64,000 bases of DNA, from positions 124,001-188,000 of the forward strand of contig JAKMXF010000199.1 of the NCBI GenBank assembly GCA_024704765.1. Reading direction: 5' to 3'. Below, in pieces: positions 49,571 to 63,970 of the stretch. Origin of the DNA: Oopsacas minuta (taxonomy: Eukaryota > Animalia > Porifera). The notes under the pieces were generated by a model. That model was not told the DNA's origin, searched no databases, and was given only the letters and a program-made list of their open reading frames with translations. Position numbers and translations under genes: made by a program. Numbering within the stretch: the first letter of the stretch is position 1; every line of letters begins with the position of its first letter.

Positions 49571-52500
49571 GTTTTCATCTTGAGATATCTCCTACGCTAA
49601 GAATCATTCTAAGTTGGAACCATCCCTTAACAATCCTTACGGCGTTATGTTTCATTTCGTAAAAGTGAGGCTGTGTGAAGTTCAGCATAAATTTTCTTAG
49701 AAAATTGTGGTAAATCAGTCTGAAAATGAATAGTTTAATCAACCTAATGAGTAATTTTCTATTTGATTAAAGCATACAAACCAAAGATATTAACAGTCTG
49801 TTGGAGATTTATTTCGGAAATTCAAATTTGATTTTCATGAAAAATATCAGATAGAATGTGTTGTAACTTTCAGGGTCTATAGACTAGTAACGGGCTTGTG
49901 GTGTGCAAAGTTTCAAGCCAATTTAGGATGGTTGGTGAAATCATTGAATGGTTAACCAATGATTACTCATGTGCCTTGTAAGTAGGCATTGATTCAAGAA
50001 CGCTACCCGCGCCTACAGGCGCATAATTACAAAAAATTTGTATAGTTAGGAGCTAGAAAATTTTGAGAGTTAGGCGCGCTGTATAGGCCTAATTTCGCCG
50101 AATAATGTAATGGGTTACGTGACAATCATAAGGTCAATTGAATTGTATTATAGTTTATAAGAAGAATTCAGTTGAATTCATTAATATTGTAAAATAATTC
50201 AAATGTCAACTGTTTATAATTTAAGGGAGGAAGCTTGATAAATGACATGCATGTCGAGTCCTAATAATACTGGTATATCATCTCTGGAATGTAATATTAA
50301 CCGTATTATATTTAATGAATATATGATTTGCTTAAAATTTATGTTTGATGCTTCGAAAATTCAAATAGTTTAGGAGCGTAGTGAAATCGAGAACTCATTT
50401 AGGCGCGCTACAAATAAAAGCTGGAAGAACCCTGCTTGTAAGTGATCCGATGAATTTTTATAAGAGTTCGCTCCTAATGCCGATTAGTGGTGATTTCAAT
50501 CGGCCTATACTCCGCTATAAAAATGTAAATGCCACAGATGTTTATTCAATTCTTAATTAATTTATCTTAAAATATTTTCTTTGACGGTGGTCATATTAAT
50601 AGATGTATTGTGATATTTAGTTATTGATAATTGTTTGGTTTCCATTATCAATTGGGTTCTTTGTTTCTGTTTGAAATAAAATACAATCCATTTATATACT
50701 TTAATCTTTCTAAGTAAATATCATGGATATATATGCCCTAGAGCAGTAACCGATTTCGGCCGAAGTGTTACGTTCCTAACAAATAGTAACACGTAAATTT
50801 TCCCACTTTGTTTTCACCAATCCCGCACTCAAATCGAGATTTCATCACCTTTTTGACGTCATAATCGGGTTTGAGAGAAAGCAGAAATTTCGTCTCTGCT
50901 ATAATTTACAACTTAACTGGCAAAGGCCTATTTTTACTATTAATGGGCTAATTGGGACTTTTTGGTACCTAGCTAAGATTTTACCACAAAAATCAAATAA
51001 TTCCTATGAATTTTAGTTTCTAAATTGCAAAATGAGATTTCCATTAACCTTTTCGAATCTTTAGTCAACCAGAATTTTTCGAATAAATATGCTTTAAGTA
51101 GGAATTATTCATTATCATTTGGGAAGCAATTTCCATTCCTCTTAGAGGGCGAACATCTTACAGATTGAAAATGAGGACGGCTTGGCTGGAGTCTATCTGC
51201 TCCAAAAAGCAAAATGTCTCAATTTCCCCTCCGACACTTTTCAATGAATATGAGCAAAAATCTTCACTGATTATTCAGTACTTTGTGATCTTTTTCAGAA
51301 ATGCAATAGAAAGCATGCATATCAAAATTACTCAAAATAGTATTGGTAATTCAATTGCTACACTCTCCATCTGGTAACTCGAATCCTAATTGAATGTTCG
51401 AGGTAACGGAATTCTAAAAGTTCTTTCTCGGTTAGACTGCGGAAATTAAGTGTGTATTCATTAAGAATACCAAGTAAAATCATTTAACTAAGTTTTCATA
51501 ATAATACTAAACAGTCTTTGTATAGCTTGAAAATCTACGAGGGGTATCCGCCTCAACTATGGTCGGATAATACGGATATACATAATTAGTACTTTCGTTG
51601 TTACAAAATTCATTATATATTTACCTACAAAAATGGCAAGAAGGAACTTCGTCTTTCTTAGAAATACATCCTATCCAAAAGAAATGAAGTTTCCCGAAGT
51701 GGAAAGTACGATAAATTCATAACTAAAGTCGTTGACTTTGTCTCCTCACGATAGCTTTCTTACCCAAATAATCAAGACATGCTAGGAGTCACCTTATCCA
51801 ATAATTGGTCAATTTGACAATGAACAAAATTTGAATGTAAAATTTCGTGATCAGTATTTGAGTCTGCTTTTAAGAAATGCTTAATTTGGTATCTCTCAGA
51901 GTCTAACTTGGTACTACTTCCGCAATTTCAATGTTCACTTGGTTAGCTGTATATATTACTAAGCTTTATTAAAATATTATATACTATTTATAGAAGATAT
52001 ATTTGAAGTCCACTTCACCAAGTTCATTTTACCATTAAGCGCGAATGGACAAGATTGTAATTTGTGTCATTCATCAGATTTTATTTGTTACACGACCAAT
52101 CAAAATTGCCTCTCCTTTATAACACTGGGAACTATATATGTCACTTACATTCAAAATATACCATGTTACATCATCTACTGTGTTTACATTGTATTATTAG
52201 ATACAAAGCATTCACTTATATCGTGATCTCGAGAATAATTGGCATTGCGAATCATCTGAGAAGTTTGCAAGCTCAAATTCGTTATACAAAATATTCCTCA
52301 GGATATTTTGTGTAGGAAATTCAGAATCTTCAACCTTTACTCAATCCAGAATGCGTTTCGTATATTTCTATCCCCTTTCCTTTTAACAGACGCTTTCATC
52401 ACTTTAGTACAGTCAAATAGCCGATGGGTTTGTGCTCTCAGACAACTTATACCCAGAAAATCTATCAGTACCATTTTCAATGGTTTTGAATATCCAAACG

Positions 52501-52663
52501 TAATTTGAATTTAGAAAACACTAGGATTATTGTCTATCTCGATAATAATGTCCTTCAGTCCAAAGGACACCGATTTTATATATTTCAATCAACCGGTGTA
52601 TATTATGATTTTAGATTTTACCACATAGGGCCAAGGATAATAAGCTTGTCAGATTGGGTAGAG

Positions 52664-52710
52664 CAGTGGTTCCCAACCGGGGTTCCGCCAACAATGCTTA
52701 GGTTCCGGGG
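52664..52710 (+). repeat. Buster-type hAT terminus (solo)
   Basis: cagtggttcccaaccggggttcc preceded by gggTAgag. No partner end seen. Confidence 0.5.
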
Positions 52711-53228
52711 ATTTCTTTCATGTATCGATGCATGTGCATTATTTAAATCATTCTTGAAATTGTTATCAACATATTACTAGATATATGTATTTTCAATTAA
52801 CTTTTTGAAATTCCTAAACCTGTAAAATATTTAAAGTTAATTGTAAAATGTAAATAGTTGCTTGTAGATAATGGATATATAGTATTCAGATTAACTTACT
52901 ATAAATTTACCTGTTACCTCCAACATCACCTCTTATTGTAAAACATCACCTAGTTGTATTTTTTGATCAGATCTATCTCTCGATTCTTTTGGATCACCAT
53001 TGAAAATTAATACCCTAACATGGTAAATCAGTGATGTTTTCCTGGGGGAACGCCGTCCCCAGATATCACTGGCACAGACAAAGACAAAGTGTAGTTGGCG
53101 TAAATTGTAATTCCTCCTTGTAGTATAGTAGCAATAATCTATATTATTAAATCTCTATGATTGTTTGTTTTTTGGCCGTTGTCAAGAAAGAATTTACTTT
53201 GTGCAAAGTTGAATTTGACGCATAACTT

Positions 53229-53396
53229 TGTATTTATCATGTCTATCAAGGCTGTAAATAGAATTCAATAAAACTTCACTAAATATATCAAACATGCTAA
53301 ATCCGATTTTCAACTTTGGCTTAATCATATGTAAATATATTATTATTCTTATGAATATAAAGTAAACAAATTAGCCAAATCTCAGAATATACGTAA
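53229..53396. repeat. Single-unit copy of the 8108-8757 element
   Basis: Shares agaattcaataaaacttcactaaatatatc with 8138 and the tail gtaaacaaattag..aatctca.aatatacgta with ~8722-8757. Confidence 0.7.
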
Positions 53397-53479
53397 CTTT
53401 GTTAAGCAACCTTTTGGAATGTCATATCTGACTAACTAGTCCATGTGGAAAGAATATATATCATACTACAGCATTGATA

Positions 53480-54336
53480 CCCAGCCTACTGCAATAATGT
53501 CTGAAACTAAACCTAATGAGGCTAAGAGGCTGCAGTTATCCAACTTAGTTGAATGGACATCGACAGGCAGAAATATTGAAATCACTCGGTTCGAAAAATT
53601 ACACGGGATCTTTCATTTCTCTGACTATTTCTAGATACAACAAGTGTGGGACAGTGAAAGACGTGCCTCGTTCTGGTTGACCACGTTCTGTTCGTGCCAC
53701 AGCAGCCAAGCGAAAGGTCAAGCAGATGATAATCAGAAAGCCGATGATATCCTAAAGACAAATAGCAAGTAGGACGTTAATTTCTAACACATCGTTCCGG
53801 CGAATTCTCAAATACGATCCAGGTGTTAAGTCATTCAAGAGAACTAAAACCGAAGTCCTAACTCCACTCACGATTGAGAAAAGATTGCAACGTTGTTGTA
53901 TGCTCGTGACCCGTCTCAAAAATGTTGAACATGAAAATATCGTTTTTTCAGATGAGAAAATATGGTGCATCGAGGTAAGGTATAACAATCAAAACTCGCT
54001 TGTGTATTCTATATCGCGTGAAAAGATACCTGAGGAATGTAAACATGTTGCAAAAAATTAAATCCTAAGTCCTTGTTGGTATGGGCTGGAATTTCGACAA
54101 AAGGGAAAACAAGCATGGTTTTTGTGCCAGAGGTCGCGAAAATAACTCCAAATCATACCAGAAACTAATTCTTTCTAAACATGTTCTACCCATATGTCAT
54201 ACCTTCATGAAGAGAGAAAATGGGTTGTTTCAGCAGAACGGAGCCCAGCTCATACAGCTAAGATTAATCAAGGCTGGCTTCCTAGTTTTGAAGTGTGTAT
54301 TAATTGTAATTTGTTGCAAAAATTTGGCTCACCCTG
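53480..54336 (+). pseudogene. Truncated maT/Tc1-like transposon remnant
   Basis: TVKDVPRSG*PRSV, IVFSDEKIWCIEVRYNNQN, VW.G, FQQNGAPAHTAK (frameshifted); right terminus caccctg|TA like the 60016 end. Confidence 0.7.
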
Positions 54337-55369
54337 TAATTGCATTAATAAATAATTTGTTATGATGGTTACTTTGTGGAAAATTTATGAGTGAAAGAAG
54401 ATAGAGAGGGTAAGGTTCCGCAGGTTGCCGTAACATGTTTAGGGGTTCAGAGATTGAAAACAGGTAGAAAACCACTGGCTAGAGAATTACACTTTCAATA
54501 CCATATATTTCAGCAAGTGTGGAATTTTACTTTAGGCTGGTCGATATTAACTATTGTAATAATTTCTCTTGTCCTATTTGCAACGATCAGCTTTCTACTA
54601 ATATCTAGATGGCATTGCAATGGTAACTATCAGCAACTTTCCAGACGATTCAAATCATATAGATAAAACAATGAATTTCCTATAATACTAGTGACTGACC
54701 GTGTATTTATTGCTGATGAGGAAATGCGAAAAAATCTTCTTCAGTATGCTGATTAAGTTATGGCCAATGCAAACATTGGTAAAATGTTGGAAAATATTGA
54801 ATTCCCGAATTTGTGCCTATTTGAGATTCTCCTCTCACAATTGCAGGACGTCAACAATGTAGATCCTGGATTACCAGCTGTTAATGAAGTTGAGAATACT
54901 TGCACGATCAGAGCCAATAACAGCATTTATTCTAATACTCAGCACTATCAAATACTTAAAAAAACTGATTTCAGAACTCTACCTTGGTAATTATGTGGGC
55001 ATTCGATCCATTAGATGATGATATATACGATAAATTTTAAGGTATGGGATATTATTCAAGCCAATAATTTCTCCATACCCAATACATTCGCCATTGTAAT
55101 GCATTAGGATTCTTGCTAGACCGTTCATCAATTTTTGAATCTACTCTTCTATATGTTAATGACAAAAAATAGATAAATGATAAAATTAACAACTAAAAGA
55201 AGTATATTCTAATTATTTGACCTGGGAAAATATTGTATCCTATAATCCATTCAAGTTGAGATTACTCTTTAAGTTGTTCTCATTGTAGGTGATTCTTTGT
55301 AATAACGTTGGTTTTGTTATTTATAAAAAGAATAGTTGAACTTAAGTTGCCTACTACTGTGCGGTGTGG

Positions 55370-55640
55370 CTTGGTATGTTAACCCTTTGAGTTGTGCTCT
55401 CGATGAACTCGTTGATGATAGGAGACACATCCATCATCCTCGCCACATCTCTATGTGCTGTCAGTACAGAGAAGTGGTTCAACCTCTGTTGAGTCTGTGA
55501 GTTTCAGAGGTATGTGTGTATTCTACCCAGCATACTAAAGGCTCTCTCAGCTTCCCATGTCGTCACAGGTAGGCACACATATATCACACATAACATATGG
55601 AGATTAGGCAGCAGAAATTTCAGTGATTCTTCCTCAGTAA
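55370..55640 (-). pseudogene. hAT dimerization-domain remnant
   Basis: LPNLHMLCVIYVCLPVTTWEAERAFSMLGRIHTYL*NSQTQQRLNHFSVL. Confidence 0.7.
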
Positions 55641-56399
55641 TACGTTTTTAGTTGCTTTTGTGTATTTGATCAATTAACTGTAGATTAGAGCTTCTTTACC
55701 CTGGCTGGATTGTGATTTGGTTACGTTATCTATGTTGTTGATTTTTCTTTCAAACATTCGATCTAAAGTAAACATAGGAATTCAATTTATTGTAAACATC
55801 GAAATTCATTAATCCAGTCAATTACACAATGTTCGATCTAATGCACACTATACTATTGAAACGCATTTCATCTATTTGTATATGTTATGCCAATCTTGTG
55901 AAAATGTCGATTTTGCTAAATCAACATGTGACATTCTCCTTGTGAGGACTCTATAGAGAGGACCCGTGTCTTTGTATTTGATGCTGGCTAAGGCATTATA
56001 AAGGCCTATAGATGTGTGGGATTTGTTTTTGTTGATAAGGTACGTACAGGACACTGTAGACTGGTTTGAGTTTTTACCATTTTTCAAAATCAACAAATAT
56101 TTTTTTTGTGATTGTAAAATCAATATTTCAAAATGTCGACTTTACATGATCAACATTTTGATGTTGATTCTACAAAATCAATATTTTGTCTCAATGTACA
56201 AAATCGACCCAATCATAACGTATCTGCATAAATGTATGGAGTTAATAGATCACCAAGTTTATGATCGCGATAATGATAACGATCATTCCTTAAACAGTGA
56301 TCTGAGATCGTGTACGTGATCTTTATGCAACATGGCCACCAAGTTCACGATCATTTGTCTGATCTTTTTCTTAAATACATGAGCATCTCCCATATTGAG

Positions 56400-56620
56400 A
56401 TGCTTTATTACGTCCGTCCGTCGACTCAGCCGTGCAAATTCTACCGGGCTTATTAATATGAAAATTAGTACTTACATCTGGGTCTAAATTCGCGCAGCCA
56501 AGCAAGTAGGTTTGTAGGTAATTTATGACTGACGAATGAGATTCTTCCTGATCATATGAAATTATGAATACAAGTTTACCAACGCACTTCGCTTGCTAGG
56601 TCGCTGCGTTATAGTTTAGT
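56400..56620. mobile_element. Possible Helentron-associated (DINE-1/HINE-like) non-autonomous element
   Basis: cgtccgtccgtc microrepeat followed by a terminal hairpin aacgca...tgcgtt. Confidence 0.3.
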
Positions 56621-57001
56621 CCTCCTGGTTAGCGTAAATAATAATTATTTAACAATTAAATTTTATCTTCAATCACAAACATATATATATATATATTATT
56701 GGTGTTAATAGTTAATTTGTAGTCAATGGTCTGGAAAATATTGTGCAATTCCTTGATGAGTGTGAAATTGGCAGCGAAACAAATTGGGCACACTTTAACA
56801 AGTCATAATTATTAACCAATGCACGTAGAATGATGGTACTTGGAACATATTCATACTAGCCTCCTATGTTTTGTCATTTGAAAATCAATTCATTCTGAAT
56901 CTACCCCGACGTTGCAAAATCGTGAAATTTTAATTTTACAATTTGTGTACTTCACTTGTTAGCAGTATAATTCTACCAACCATTGAAACCCAATCCAGTT
57001 A

Positions 57002-57236
57002 CCGTAACTGGGGCTACTTTGGCCCACTGGATTTGCTTTAGCCCCAATATTGAAATTTCCTTACGTATCGAATAGATATTGTATTTGTATTCGAAATTGT
57101 CTACCGATATTTGAAAATTCGTTAAAAATTTGGCAAGTCATATTCAACTATAATACTGAATCAAATCTAGTTGCTTTGAAGCTCTGATATTTGGGCTAAA
57201 GCAGACCCAGTGAGCCAAAGTAGCCCCAGACTACAG
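57002..57236. mobile_element. MITE with ~50-bp TIRs and TA TSD (Tc1/pogo-like)
   Basis: ccgtaactgggctactttggcccactggatttgctttagcccc vs reverse complement ctgtagtctggggctactttggctcactgggtctgctttagccc; TA on both sides. Confidence 0.75.
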
Positions 57237-58732
57237 TACCCTTTTATCAACAAAAATAAGCAGTTGAAATCGGATTATTTTCAATTTGATTGCACTGTCA
57301 AAACGACAAAAGTCCCCGAAGTCAATGACAAAACATCCAATTATTTTATATGGGATTTTCGAATTAACAACACATACACTGGCTTGACTACAAATTACCC
57401 GATTTCAAATGTTATATCCCTAAGAGTTTTTGTCATTTTCATTTGAACCTTAGCTTGCACATCTAATCGACACAATGGCGAACATAAAAAGATTATATGT
57501 GAAATTTCAATTCACTGCAACTCTAAACTATTAATTGTTTGGAAAATTGTAGCTGTTTTAACAGCTAATAGTAGGCGGTTAACAGCATTTCCTCACCCAT
57601 ACACATGGAATCATGTTAGAGATCAACTAACACTATGCATAATGTGTTCGGTATTCTTTCCTTTCGTCAAACAGCGTCTATTCTCTTTTGTAGACGTATA
57701 GACTTGTTATGGTAGAACTTTCAAGTAGTCAAGAACATGACTCTTATATTCAATATTAGGATCCATGGAGGAGCGGGATACATCCCATTCGACAGGATAA
57801 TGCCTGGCAAAAAATTATTGGGACGCCCTGCCACTATTGACACATGGAACAAAAGGCATTTCACTTTAGTTGTATATGCTAAATATGATTTGAAATGATT
57901 GAAAGCATGATAACAAGCTATTGGTCTACTTTCTGCAAGATCCATAGAATTTTTCAACATATTCTCGCCCTGTGCCACTTGTGCCCCAAGTGATACATTC
58001 TTCTAATACTTTTGGACAGGCAGTGTACACAATTGATAGTGACAGAGCCCATAATAATATTCGGTCACCACGCCCACACTACGTTTCGTGCTTTCTTATT
58101 ATCTCGGACAAGAAAAGATTAAGACCATTACTATTTCAAATTACCTTAATATCAAAATAATTAAGTATATTCCACAAATCTCAGGTATATGCCTTCTATT
58201 GATCTATGCATAATATTTGCCTGAGATGTAACGGTGAGTATGTACTACAGGTACTAGGCGCACCACGACACATAATAACTTAAAATTGTGCATTAATATC
58301 TATTAGTGAGACATGTTGAAGATTATTGCAAATATATTAAGGTTCAAATAAATGCCAAGGATTAACTCGTGACCAGAGAGTAGTGCTCACTATTTCAAGA
58401 TGTTGACTAATTAGAAGTTTCACTAACGGAGGTTTCAGTGAATAACATAGACACATTTCGTATATCAAATTATGAATATAAAATATTGTTGGGAAATTCC
58501 TCTATCAAAGCAATATAGTGACCAGTATCTTAGTATGGTGAATATGAATTTGCCAATTTTTGCAACTTTACCGTTAGTCACTGAGGTATTAAAATGAGTT
58601 GATACAATAATAACAGAAACATCCTAGGCTAGTATTGATATGATCCAAATGGCATCTATCTACTTGTATTGGCTACATAATTCTAATATGAAATTGTGCT
58701 CGATTTGTTTCGCTACCAACTTCACACTCATA

Positions 58733-60016
58733 CAGGGTGGCTCATAAGTTCTGTGACATTTTTCGAATTCGTAAATTTTCATTTCTAATGCTACAACAAT
58801 AGCATTATCAAATGAATATCATTACTAGATGTTCAATAATAGTAATTCATAAGTAGTTTCCTAATATATTTCATTTCAGTGTTGAATAGCTTATGGAAAG
58901 CGATAGGTGTGCTGTGATTAAATTATTTCAGGCGGGACATAAACCAAGGGAAATTTCTAAAATGCTCAAAATGCCCAGGGGAAGAAGGATGTTTATTAGT
59001 AGGGCCATTAAGAGATATTTGGAGACTGGGAAAGTTGATGATAGGGCGAGGACTGGCCGTCCGTGTTTTGTTGTGACTCCAAATGTGCGAAAGGCGCTGC
59101 GGGAACAAATTCGGAGAAATCCCCGACGATCAATGCGTAAAATGGCATCTGTCCAAAGAATCGTTAAAAATCAATTAGGAATAAGATCATTCAAAGGAAG
59201 ACAGTGCACTTCCTTTCTAGTAAGATCATGGGAAAGAGACTGGTTAGGAATAAGGGTCTGCTAAAGCGGCACGCTGTTTACGGGGTAAACAACATTCTCT
59301 TTTCTGACAAGAAAATATTTACAATAGAGGAAGCTAACAATCCTCAAAATGACAGAATAATAGTAACTAGATCTCAAGCAATCCCAGACGAGCTGTATTA
59401 CATCGGACAAGTTCAAAAACCACAATCTGTCATGGTTTGGGCTGGAATTTCGGTAATTGGTCGGACATCCCTCATATTTGTCCCACCAGGGCTAAAATTA
59501 ATTCGATTTCATATCGCGAACAGATATTAGAACCTGTACTGAAAGATCTAGGCCAGACCATGTTTTCTGGAGAGTCATTTCTGTTTCAACAGGACGGTGC
59601 GCATGCCCACACATCCAAGTCACTCAGGTATGGTTAAAAGAGAATATTCCCGATTTTATTCCCAAAGACGAATGGCCCCCATACAGCCCCGATTTGAATC
59701 CAATGGATTATTCTATCTGGTCGATTTTGGAGACAAAGGCTTGTGCTAAGGCCCACACCAATGTAGAATCTCTTAAGGTGTCGTTGAGGAGAGAATGGGC
59801 TAAAATGCCCCAAGAAACACTGAGTACTGCGGTTGAGGCTTCCCTCGCAGACTAAAGGCTGTAATTGAGAAGAGGGGAGGGTATATAGAATAGTGGCTAT
59901 TTCTAGCATATTATTAGCATATAGTGGTAGTCTAATTAGAACATCAAGTATGAATAGTACATTTTGAATATATAAATGGGTTAACATAAATGTCACAGAA
60001 GTTATGAGCCACCCTG
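58733..60016 (+). mobile_element. maT (DD37D) transposon, full length, frameshifted
   Basis: 29-bp TIRs cagggtggctcataagttctgtgacattt (1 mismatch), TA TSD. Motifs ILFSD, VMVWAG, FQQDGA...WPPYSPDLNPMD, with 37 residues between the last two D after repairing a 1-bp deletion. Confidence 0.93.
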
Positions 60017-63000
60017 TATTGTCTGGGGCATTATTAAAGTGCTCATTTTCGCATATTGTCTGTAAAATATTTGGAAACTATTATCTTGATCATTACTTTC
60101 TCATTATGTATTTTCAGTTCCCGTTCACAATATAATTATCTACAATATTAGTATTCAGTATTAGTAAGGTACTTTCATCTTCAGTAACATAAGTGTTAGG
60201 TAAGAATGTGTGTATTTCACAACTAATTTAGTGTAGAAAACTTCGTTAATTCAAATTATCATTCTGAATTTTCACAATGCATTAATTAGTTTCTTACCAA
60301 TGTTCTATAATTAAGAAATTCATTTTTCATTACCTAATAATAGTATATCCTGAGCTCTATATTCTTTATCTATTTCCTGTTTAGCTCATTATAATTACAT
60401 AATTTTTAGTCAACAGAGTTATAACATTTGTTTATATGTTAGGCTGACTTATATATTCTGTTGTTGCAGCTTCATTAATTCAAAAATACAGTTGTACAAT
60501 ATGTACCTACCAGTGACTACAATCTTATTTGTTATAATTATTTAGTCTAGGTATTTCTTGGAAAACTGAGTTGTAACAATGGAACGCTTTCCTTTGTTCG
60601 AATTTCTTTGTTGTCAAGTGTTCGAAACAGGAAGTTGTCATTTGTTCAACAAGTATTTTCTATGCTGTCATTTGTTCGAAATCTGAAGTTGGTATTTTTT
60701 GACCACGGCGGATGAATGATGTTGACATTTGCTTGATTGTTAGTGCAGCTCCTAAAAAACATGCCTTAATTGTATGGACGATGTGCGATTTCCGTCCCTC
60801 CACCCGTCCTGCGGCTGTGCGAAATCTAACAGTCAAATTAGCATGAGTACTGGAATACATATACATTTGGGTCGGAATTTTGAACCTCGGGTATGAACTA
60901 TTTCTAAAATGAATATTTCACACCTTTTTTGTATTTATCATATTTTTCACACATGTATATGTAAAATACGAATGCAAGTTAGAGATTAGATTTAAACATG
61001 TTGTCAGGATTACATATGCGTGGAGTCCGATTTTGAGAATTTTAGAGTCTGAATATCACATATTCACAGATTTATCACATTTTTTCTCACCTTTTGCATA
61101 TATTCAAATCATACTAGAGATTGCGTTTAACTGCTTTTCAGGTCTAATCGAGTGTGTATGTTTACATTTATACCTGCATTATTTATCAAATTTCACACCT
61201 TTTAATCATGTTTTAAATTGATGCTAGAGATTTCGTTTCAAATGTTAGTCAAGAGGTATTGTAGGGTAATTATTCCGATTTTGTCCATAGAATTTGTGAT
61301 AGAGCAAGAAGTGTATTATGGGACTTTGTAAGATCCAGGAGCCCAAAACAGTTGTGCCCGGAGCATTGCAGTATTTACAGGGGGTCAAGGGGGCGTGTTT
61401 TCCCTGAAGAGAACAAAAATACATGACCCTGAGCTGCATTACCAGTCAGTCGGCTGGACATTTTTAATGTTGTTTCTATGATATACAGCCAAGCGAATCG
61501 TGTTTGTATAGTGTATTATTATTTATTTAAAAATAATCAACCAAATAACTAACTAGACTGTGAAAAAGAATAAGTTATACTCTTATTTGCGGAATCTGTT
61601 TATATAAGCTATTTAAGTATATATCTCAAGAGCATGTTCGATTGGAGTTCGACAAATTTGACAATTGGAATTTTTCACAAAATTTATAGAAGCATTTTTC
61701 GTTGGCAATAGGCTGTTCATCCTCTTCAATTTCTACGAGAGCACATATGGGCGTAATAATACAAAGAGTTTACGTACATGTAATAGGGTGGACCTGTAAT
61801 TCGATTATAGCATCAAAATCTGGCTGTGAACTGCCTCTAGCTAACTCCTCGAACTGGGCTTTAAGCAATTCAAATTGGCTATTAGCAACTCGAATCATGC
61901 TGTTCAAGTGAAAAATAATGATCCAAACACATAACTTCAAAGCTAAACTGTTGTGCTAGCTGTTAAATGGAAATATGCAAAATTAGCTGTTAACTACATG
62001 AAATTTTTAGAGTGATTTTGCTTTAAATTTCCTTTAGAATAGACTTTGTTTTCAACTACATTTGAAAGAAAAAATTTTAGTTTTGCATAGTCAATATCAT
62101 CTTATGTGTTGAGATACATATTGGATGGGCAATACAGTTTTAGAGATATGCAGTGCCGGCCAGAAAGAAGAGCCCAAAAAATATTTCTCAAAAAAATTTT
62201 CATTATGATTAACATCTTTGCGGGTATATCCACATAGAAAATATGTTTTATGGAATTGAAATTGTAAATTAGAATGTTTACATTAAGATATCACAAAACT
62301 TTCATTTTTCCGTTTTCAAACAAGTTGAACTCATTAATTTAATTATTATTATTGGAAATGATATTTTTACAAACTTGCGTAGAATAAACTTTTTTTAATC
62401 AGATTGAAATCTATACAATAATTAGAAGCTTGTGCGAATTTTCGAATCAACCAAGTGATAATTATAGCCATTTTTGCCAAAAATGGCACATATTCCAAGA
62501 TCTGCATTATTATATGTTTTATCTTAATAAGTTACCTCCATTAATTATCTTTGTATCTATGTGTATGTTAATCATTTATCATCTCAAATTATTCTATAGT
62601 GAGTATGCATGAATTTAGGGCTTTTCCTGCCATATGTGCCTGACAAGCCACAAACAGAAATGTATTTCAGGGAGAGTTTCGGATTGTTATGAAAATTTGA
62701 ACCAATAATATCAATATTGTATTGATTTACATTCTGAATAAGCAATTCTGCTTTCATGAAACATTGTAGATATTTGATTTCCAATTATTTAGTTGGTTAT
62801 CTAGATAATGAGGTTAACACCTTTAAAAATGGGAAAATCAACTTTAGTGACACTTCCTCTCATCTATAACACTCTAATTTTACCATTTCAATTTCATAAA
62901 AGGTTTTCTGACAAATATCCCTGAATGCCATGCCCAATTCCGGGAACTCTAGAAGGTTGGCAAGTAATTTCTACCAATTTATCCTTGTAATTTATACCAA

Positions 63001-63179
63001 TTTATCCCTGTAATTTATACCTATTTACCCATTTATACGAAATTACAATCTAACAATTTACATATATAAATGGAGATATAAGTCTTGGCATTTCGTAATT
63101 TCATAAATTCAAAATCCAAAATGGTAACAATTTCGTAGGTATTCTGTCGGCTATTTATCATACGGATTTGTTACTGCTC

Positions 63180-63600
63180 GACACGATGAACAGTTGCCAA
63201 TGTACCTCTTGTGTTCTCAGATGTTCATCAATGAAGCTATGAAACTAAAAATACAGATCGCCTCTAAAGGAAGCATTCTGACACTAATGATTCCCAATTA
63301 GCATTCATTAAAATTCTCCGGGATAAATTTCAATGTAGAACTACCCTTAATAACACAATTGTAAAATGTAACCAAGATATGGAGGATGGATTGTTTGCTT
63401 CAATCCTCCACATTCTGATTTCCAACCTCATTGCTCAAGCTACATCCGCATATTATAGGTGAGACACTATTGTTCCTGTTTTGAGGGAAGTTATTTCTAT
63501 AGTAATGCACCAAAATTTAGGAAACTTTATTCAGAAAATTCCTATAAGCAATGATATAGTCTACAGATGAATTGGTGAAGTGGAAGTAGATTTGGAGGTA
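63180..63600 (+). pseudogene. Buster/ZBED8-like hAT transposase fragment
   Basis: PMYLLCSQMFINEAMK; IAQ...VPVLREVISIVM...KIPISNDIVYR*IGEVEVDLE. Confidence 0.65.
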
Positions 63601-63826
63601 GGAGTCCCAATCCCTGGGCCTTTTTCAATCACAAGATTGCTGGATTGGTATCGTTTTCAATCCTGATATTGATTGAACAATTTGTATGAACCTATACTAT
63701 AATTTGTTTAGAGAATAGATATATCATATAACCGTTTAATAGCATATTTAGGATTAGTAGTAGAATGATGGCAAATCAAATAAGTAAATAAGAATGATCA
63801 TTTCTAATGTTTCCGTGATGTAAATA

Positions 63827-63970
63827 CACTGGAAACCGCTTAACCGGGACTCGGATAATCGGGATATCCGCTTAAACAGGGCAATGTATTAGGAACATAT
63901 TTTTGCATACAAAAGTCGCCGGATAATTGAGACATCGAATCGGTTAATCGAGATTTCTTCTCCAGGTTAA
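63827..63970 (+). repeat. pogo/Tigger-like MITE end
   Basis: TA|cactggaaaccgcttaaccggg...ataatcggg...ttaatcgag subterminal repeats. Confidence 0.45.

Noticed and set aside
51160-52500. Decayed Buster-type transposase on the minus strand
   Set aside because: Only vague motif resemblance; not enough to call.
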